In this document: positions 56,860-64,000 of the stretch, piece after piece
How the letters are laid out: every line of letters begins with the position of its first letter
Position numbering within the stretch: position 1 is the stretch's first letter
DNA from: Macrostomum lignano
Lineage: Eukaryota
Direction: 5' to 3'
Length of the DNA: 64,000 bases
Assembly: GCA_002269645.1 (NCBI GenBank)
Contig: NIVC01002653.1
Coordinates: forward strand, 88,771 to 152,770
The notes under the pieces: model-generated
What the model saw: the letters and a program-made list of their open reading frames with translations, nothing else
Database searches by the model: none
Told to the model about the DNA's origin: nothing
Translations under genes and position numbers: made by a program

Positions 56860-57110
56860 ATATTAATATAATAATTAATTTATAATTTATTAATTTATCA
56901 CACCTGCCCTAATGGCCAGATGTGCACAGCTCAGCCGCAGCTATTGCGCGGCGCATCTGAAGGCTGCGTACGGCTGTTCAGTACCCCAGCTAATGCTGGC
57001 ACCCATTTTACAGCTGGGTTGAGCTGAAGCAATGCAGAATAAAGTGTCTTGCTCAAAGGTACAATAAATTGCTCCGAGTGGGTCAAGAATCGAACCCCCG
57101 ACCTTTCTGT
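56860..57110 (-). mobile_element. SINE family B copy with (ATT)n-like tail
   Basis: Same head and central domain. Confidence 0.8.
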
Positions 57111-59600
57111 CGTGAAAGTTTAATTTCTGTAATTGGGTCAGTCTGGTGTTGCTACTGTTTTAGAAAGCTTCGTTTAAGCAAAACGTCAAAAAACAATATA
57201 GAAGCCAGGAGAGCAGGGTTAAAGTCTGCGATATTTTAGTCAAGCTGCATGCCGCGCGGCTTGACAGTCACCGCCGGCTCACGGAGTCTGCCTCTGTCGA
57301 AAGCATCGGGAAAAAATCACAACAGATATAGTTGGGGGGGAGCATCCGCATGTCTGCAGCTCCCAGCAGAATTCGTGACGTATGGAAGCGATGTCTCCGG
57401 CTGGGGAAGGGCACACGAGCCGGATAGGATATATAGGGCTCATCACGCACGAACTGATCACAACAATAGCGCCACTGTCACATCGGATAGGATCGAGTAA
57501 GGCACAGATGATTGCTCACCGGAATACTACTCTCTATATACACTCCAGATGTAGCAGTTGTAGCTGTACTCTTTACTTAATGAAGATGACTTTGACAATA
57601 ATACTAAAGCAATAGCACAAATGATATTACCTGTAACAACGTTTAACCCAATGCGAGTTATGCCTACTACCGGTATCAGTAAAAATTACGAGAAAGTGAT
57701 CGATCCCGACACTAAAAATTAAATTTGGTACTTGTTGCAGGGGTATTACAATTATACTTTTGAGAAGGTTTTATTTTTGAGAAAGTTTGCTACTAAGAAA
57801 GCTCATAAAATCTTCATGAGTGCCTGCGGCGCCAAAGTGAGTGCCTGCGGCGGTAAAATGAGTGCCTGCGGCGCTCTAAAAGGAATTTCTGCGGTGCTAA
57901 AATGAGTGCCTGCAGCGCCAAAAGTAGTGCCAAAATTTAGTCATGTACATGTACATGTTGAATTCTTGGCTTTGTCCCCCCCCACCATAAAATCCATGGC
58001 GCGCGACGCCCCTAGTGATAGAAGCACACAAAAAAATATCTCTAATATAAATAAGTGTTATAAGGCATTACGATCGAATACGCTGAAGGAACAAAAACGA
58101 GTAGATTGTACGCTCGTGAAAAATATACATGTACATGCAGAAACAATAGCGATAAAACTACATTTGGATGCACATTGCATTGGTAATGAAGTAGCGTCAC
58201 CGCAGCTACATGTAGGGCATGCCTCGCGGCCAAGCAAACTTTGACAGCACCACTAAAAATCGAGTCCAGGGCGCAAAAGTCAGCCAGCATCAGCAGACAC
58301 AATTAGGACCACTGTTTTATACATACGAGTATATACGAGATGTTGGATATATTGGATGTTCTACGTTGGATGTTTACGTACAGGACGTAAAACTCAAGGA
58401 TCATGAAATTTTTTGAAGGCCAATTTGAAGGCAGTGAAGATTAACCATTCTCTTGAATTATCATGCAAGATAATTCAAGTTCCTTTTATATAGTCTGTGG
58501 TGTCCCCAATTGCAGTTGAGCATTAGATATTTGATGTAGGAGCATTAGAGTCCCTACTCCTAATCATTTTTGTCGAGATTATACATCAAAGCTGCGCTGT
58601 GGAATGTGGATCTGAAAATTCGTTATGTTGTTCTAAAATTGTCGTTAATTCGCACGTGTGAAAATGGCGGCAAAAAATACTCAGTCATGTTGAGTGGGTC
58701 GTAACGTTATTTAGCATATATGACTAGTCTATGTTTACAGCATATGGACTTGCACGGCTTACGTTCTATCTAACGAAACAATACCAATCACGACTTTCGA
58801 ATCCTTCTTAGTCTAGAATATATCTTATATATATCTTATATATCTTATATCTTAATTGCTTTAGCGATTGCCGATTGGCCTAGATATCTCAGGAAAGTTT
58901 CTAGACTAGGGGCCTAATCTCTCTCTTGCTGCCTCTGCCTGAACTGAAGGCCCAGCCCATAGCCACCCACATGCCATTGCCTTGCATGGATTTGTCTATA
59001 TGCTCATATTATATAGAACTAAAAATGAATAGACAAATTAGGCAGTAAAACATTTGTATGTAGGCCTAGGGCCTACAACAAGGCTAGGCTATAATAGGCC
59101 TATAAGTTTAAGTTAGGGCCTATGCCACACTTAGATAGAGAATGGCAGCCAGGCCCATGTCTATAATCCAAAAACTTATAAAAACAATGGCCCTACCTCT
59201 AGTAGTGATTAGGTCTATACTTATAAGATTTGACTAGGCTACTGTGTCTAGTGTCTATAGGTCTAATATTAGGCCCCTGTCTCCCACTAGTCCACCAGAG
59301 ACAGTAGCTATAGGGCCATCAATGAAGTCTGCATAGCGCCAAGGCCATGTTGTTAATATTGAATGAGTTTATAGGGCCTAGGCCTACTTAAACTTTAAAT
59401 CTTAAGGTTAAACATACAAAGGGTAGCCTAGCCATGTCCCTAGTATATAATCTATTTAACTGTTCAACATTGGAGATGACAATGATTTTTTATTGCCAAA
59501 ATTAAAAAGCAACAGTAGGCCTAGGCTTACTATGTGTACTTATATATATATATGGCAGATGTGCCTATCAACTATAAGCTCCAATGACCAATATTAAATA

Positions 59601-60760
59601 CAAGGGATGTCCCAAAAATTGGTGCACTTTCTTCACCATAGCCTCTTCTGACTGATTAGAAATATTAAGTCTATTGCAATTGAAAAGAGAATTATCTACC
59701 AGTTAAAATGATATTCTATTTATTTCTATATCTGCTAGCATTCTTGAGATATGAGTGCTTTTCTACCCTATCCCTGTGCTACTTCTACAAATGTTTTTGT
59801 GTTACCTGATGTACAAAACAACAAAATATTCAACAAATAAACAAAACATCCGCAACATAAAAGCTGAGGAAAGAACAGTCAAAAGTTAATCATCAACATT
59901 GTCCTGAGGCTTCTCTATATAGCTAGTCATCACTGTGCTGCACACTTCTGACATTGGCTATGCATATTTTCAATTTTGTCAATTAGCAAGATCTGAGTGT
60001 GGCATCTCATGAAGGAGGACTTGGCAATTCAATGCTTCAGGCTCCCACAATAAGCAAAGATTTGTCCATGTAGCAGCTTCCTCTTTGGAAAGAAGGCAAA
60101 GTCAGTAGTTAACAAATCTGGAGAATAGGGTGACACTGAGAGCAACACAAAATTTGTCTTCTCTGTTTTCTTGGCTATGTGGGACATGCATTGTCATGGG
60201 GCAGAAAGTACAAAGCTGCGGTACTTAGTGGGCTAAGATCTTTCACAGTTCCAACTCCTCAGTTATCGTGCAGTAGAACAGTGGACTTTGGATTGCCAAG
60301 CATGTCTACAATCTCACAAACTGTCAGTCTGGCATCAGTGTCAAGCAATGCTTGGATTTGCCTATGCTATTGCTGATGCCATTGATGACATGCACAGCTA
60401 ATGGCAAAAGTGTGCAGCACAGTGATGACTATGTCAAGAAGCCTCACGACAATGTTGATGATTAACTTTTGACTGTTCTTTCCTCAGCTTTCATGTTGCA
60501 GATGTTTTGTTGATTCATTGAATATTTCATTGTTTTGTGCATTAGGTACAAGGCTTTAGTCTATGGCAATTTGTAGAAGTAGCACAGGGGGTGAAGTAGA
60601 AAAGTGCTCATTTCTCAAGAATGCTAGCAGATACAGAAATAAATAGAATGTCATTTTAATGGGCAGATAATTCTCTTTTCAACTGCAATAGACTTAATAT
60701 TTCTGATGGTCAGAAAAGGCTGTAGTGAAGAAAGTGCACCAATTTTTGGGATATCCCTTG
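59601..60760 (-). mobile_element. Internally deleted mariner (Tc1/mariner) relic with ~350-bp inverted arms
   Basis: TA|CAAGGGATGTCCCAAAAATTGGTGCAC … GTGCACCAATTTTTGGGATATCCCTTG|TA. Minus-strand remnants: HDNACP, PYSPDL, DFAFFPK, and an HTH-like LTVCEIVDMLGNPKSTV. Confidence 0.85.
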
Positions 60761-60807
60761 TATATAGCCATCATTTCTATAAGTACTCATTTAAGTTATA
60801 ATATATA

Positions 60808-61312
60808 GGCCTATAGATGGTTCTGCAACAATTGACTATACATAACTGCCTATGCAACAACTGCTTGCATGACAACTGCCTGCAAAAAAACTGCCTACAT
60901 AATAACTGCTTGTAGCAATAGCTAATTATAGAGACAATTGACTATCAGGGGGCCTAGCTGAGCTTGTTTAACAACTCAGAACATAACATTATAGGCCTAG
61001 TTATTATTAATATTAGGCCTAATAATTAGAAGAAAATATAAAATATATAATAACAAAGAAAAAAACAGGTTTTAGTAGACCTATAATAAATTCAAAAAGC
61101 AAAAATAAATTATATTTTTTATTTAACAACTATATTATATGTGCAAAATTCTAAATTAATAGAAACTATTTGTTACTGCTATAGTACATTGGTTCACATA
61201 TTTTATTAACTTGAACAAAAGCAGTTGTTGCCTAGGGCTAGGCAGTTGTTATGTAGTCAGTTGTTGTATAGGCAATTGTATGTATGCAATTGTTATGCTA
61301 TTCTATAGGTGG
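60808..61312. repeat. Degenerate foldback/MITE with ACAACTGCC subrepeats in inverted arms
   Basis: Left arm (caactgcc)n, right arm (ggcagttg)n, CCTATAG…CTATAGG ends. Confidence 0.5.
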
Positions 61313-61511
61313 TCTAATAAACAATATTTATGTTTAGGCCTTAAATAAATCTATAGAATCCCTTTTTATTGACTATACCTATTTTAATAATTATAGGCCT
61401 AATAAAAAATAATTATGTTGATAATATTAATTATATTATCTATAACAATTGTAATGGACTAGATATAGTAAGAAAGTATTGCCACCAATTCTATTAATCA
61501 GTGGTAACCAC

Positions 61512-61809
61512 CATACATGCGCAACAGTCGGCCGAGTCGGCCAATCCAGCTGACTGATTTGGCGGCCAACCAAGGAAGTTGCAAAAATGCCCACCCAAAA
61601 AAACACAAAAGTAGTAGTACTAAGTAGCTGACCAGGCATTTTGGCTTAATAAGACAGTCATAGTTACTCCTGCCATTTGCCCAAAGTTGTGGTTATTTTG
61701 CTTTAAGGTGTTTTTACATGTAAGTTGCATTTTTGGCCAAAAACTATATTGCATTTTTGTTAAAACTAAGTTGCATGGCCAACCAAATTTTGGAGGTTGC
61801 GCATGTATG
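61512..61809. mobile_element. hAT-type MITE, 298 bp
   Basis: Perfect 14-bp TIR CATACATGCGCAAC; 8-bp TSD GTAACCAC (61504-61511 and 61810-61817). Confidence 0.85.
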
Positions 61810-64000
61810 GTAACCACAAGTAGTTAATGCTATGATATTGTACAAGATCTAGTGATACCAATGTCCATATTATGTACTATGGTTTATTAGCTTTATCTAG
61901 AGGCCAAGAGATAGATGGTCATTGGCCTATTAGCTCTTTGATAGCAAATAAGGTAGTAAATTCTTAAGCCTAAAAGTGTATAAGTTCTAGGTTTAGGCCA
62001 AGGTAGATATGTCTATCCTGACTATAGTAGGGGGGGGGGCTTTCATAGATAAAGTACTTGATATTCTTGATATTAGAGCCAGAATGGGCATTTCTCACTA
62101 TGAAGCCCCAATAGAAGAAGTTCCTATTTTCTATCTAGCATCTAGTATAACCTAGGAAAATTTGGCAGGTATAGGCAAATATACATATGTGCAGGTGCAC
62201 TTATAGCTATGAATAGATATGTGTACACATGTGTATACATGTGAGCTAATGGTCTATTTAGCCTATGACCTAGGCTATTGTCTAATTATTGCACTTAGCA
62301 TATAGATGACATTGCTCTATAGTCAATAAAGGATAATGCTAGTCTGCTCAACTGTCAGTTCTTATGCTAAAGCTTATAGTTATAGGTAGCTAAGATTATA
62401 TGTCTCAGCTATAAGGTGTCCCAAAAGGGCCACGTCATTGCCCCAATGTCCCTATAGGCCCTAATTGAGTCCAAGCAGGGCCCCTGCAAAGGGTAGGCTA
62501 CTTAATAGATATTCTCTAGGCTCTATTAATAAGCATTTTTTAGCTCTAATAACAATGATGCTAGTGTATTACACATATTAAAATTCTTTAAGAGCTGATA
62601 ATTTATTGCTTCTATATCAATAAAAATTTATATAGGCCCATAGTTGGCCTAATATAAATAGCTTTTATGGTCTTAAATATTTAGTATGCACACTGCTTGG
62701 TAACCTAGCCAATCTAGATAGTATATACTATAGTAGATTAAATATTATTTCTTTATTTAACCTTTACTTGTCTTTGTTTATTGTTTTCTATCTGGCTCAA
62801 TCTTTTTTATTTTTATCTTTACCTTGTTGCCTTCTAATTGGCTTCTCAATCTTGCCTCTTACCTTAGTTGCATACTCTATCCCCATTGTCTTACCTGCAT
62901 TTGACCCTACCCCCTATTTTATTGACATGAATATACCCATTTGGGACTTGAGCCCCATTTACTTCTGACTGTCTGTTCAATTTAACTAGGCTCTAGGTAC
63001 AATATGGGGTTAAGTGCTTTTTTGCTATAAGTAAATATTGTATATTGTTATATTTATCTAAAGTAATAGAAATCTAATATAATAGATCTAGAAATTGTAT
63101 ACTCATGTTTAGTAGTCTATCTAAGCTTTTATGCTAGGTTTTTTACATTATATAGTTGCAATTATAGTTAAAAATAAGGGAACTTTTGGGAAACTAAATT
63201 GGGAATATTGGGAATTCCGAATTTCGGGAATATAGGGAAACTTAATTATATATTCTATAGCTTATTTATCAATGACAATTTACCCAGTGTTTGGCTGCTA
63301 GCATGCTTAAATTCACTTAATGGTTAACGCAGTAAGTTTTAAATGTGGTTTTTTCTGAAATTGGAAGACTTATGATAAGGCTAAAATGTGTTATTTATAC
63401 CAAACTTTATGCTTTTTGTTGAAATCCAAGTACTGTTTTTCAAACTAGGCATAAAACTCTGTTTAATAAAATTCCAGGTGCAAATATGTCCTAATTAGTT
63501 CTACTACTAGTAGCACATTGGGAGTATGCAACAATTATTGCCAGATGGTCAAAAGGCTTATTTATGGTAAGCTTTTTATTTTTTAGTGCCATTTATTACT
63601 TTTTATTGCTAATTTGGTTGCAAAGTTTTTAAAATATTTAATAAATGATGAATGAGTAAAAGGTCTGAGTTGACACTTGATGGCAGTGTTGTGCACATTG
63701 CACTAGTCTGCAAGTCAATACTGGTCATTTACTATTTTACAGCATCAAATTCGAGACAATTAGTGAGCTACAGACAATTTTACAGTTTTTTTTCAATCAA
63801 CGAGTTACGAAGAGAATGCAAGTACAATAAGTTCTAGCAATTGGCTTGCATCCATACATTGACTCGAACATTGCATAGAATTGTGGCTCATGCAGACTTG
63901 CAGGCTTTTGTTGATTGTGCACATTTCTAGCCGCTCAGTTGTCTAACATTTCACTGACGTGAAAAAACAAATCTGATTCTGTTCTACTCTATATTTAATA

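Noticed and set aside
57738-58314. Possible hAT element (CAGGGGT…ACCACTG ends, GAGTGCCTGCGGCG subrepeats)
   Set aside because: The termini match poorly and no 8-bp TSD was found.

Overview
Eukaryotic (metazoan) genomic DNA. It looks like a protostome invertebrate, and the repeat style is reminiscent of the flatworm Macrostomum lignano; both are inferences. Two spliced genes converge tail to tail. (1) Minus strand, 54379 to 13358: a T-type voltage-gated Ca2+ channel alpha1 gene (Cav3, EEDD filter). About 26 coding exons could be chained by hand in consistent reading phase. Intron 1 is a 7.5-kb minor-spliceosome (U12, AT-AC) intron. (2) Plus strand, about 3424 to 11926: the 3' part of an SRCIN1/KIAA1217(SKT)-like coiled-coil, proline-rich gene. 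A formerly ~95-nt Cav3 intron holds a 10.5-kb nested insertion: a BEL/Pao LTR retrotransposon sits inside the 3' LTR of a Ty3/gypsy element. Both have exact 5-bp TSDs, apparently identical LTRs and damaged coding regions. Most longer introns carry a private minisatellite, and several repeat units spell splice signals on the sense strand. Most strikingly, the U12 intron contains ~60 tandem U2 donor motifs followed by ~50 tandem branch-point/pyrimidine/AG cassettes, a twintron-like layout. Also present: two tRNA-SINE families, an RNase H-bearing LINE remnant, a mariner relic, a hAT MITE, and a strongly CpG-depleted block at 58.8-63.7 kb. All coordinates were read by eye and may be off by a few bases.
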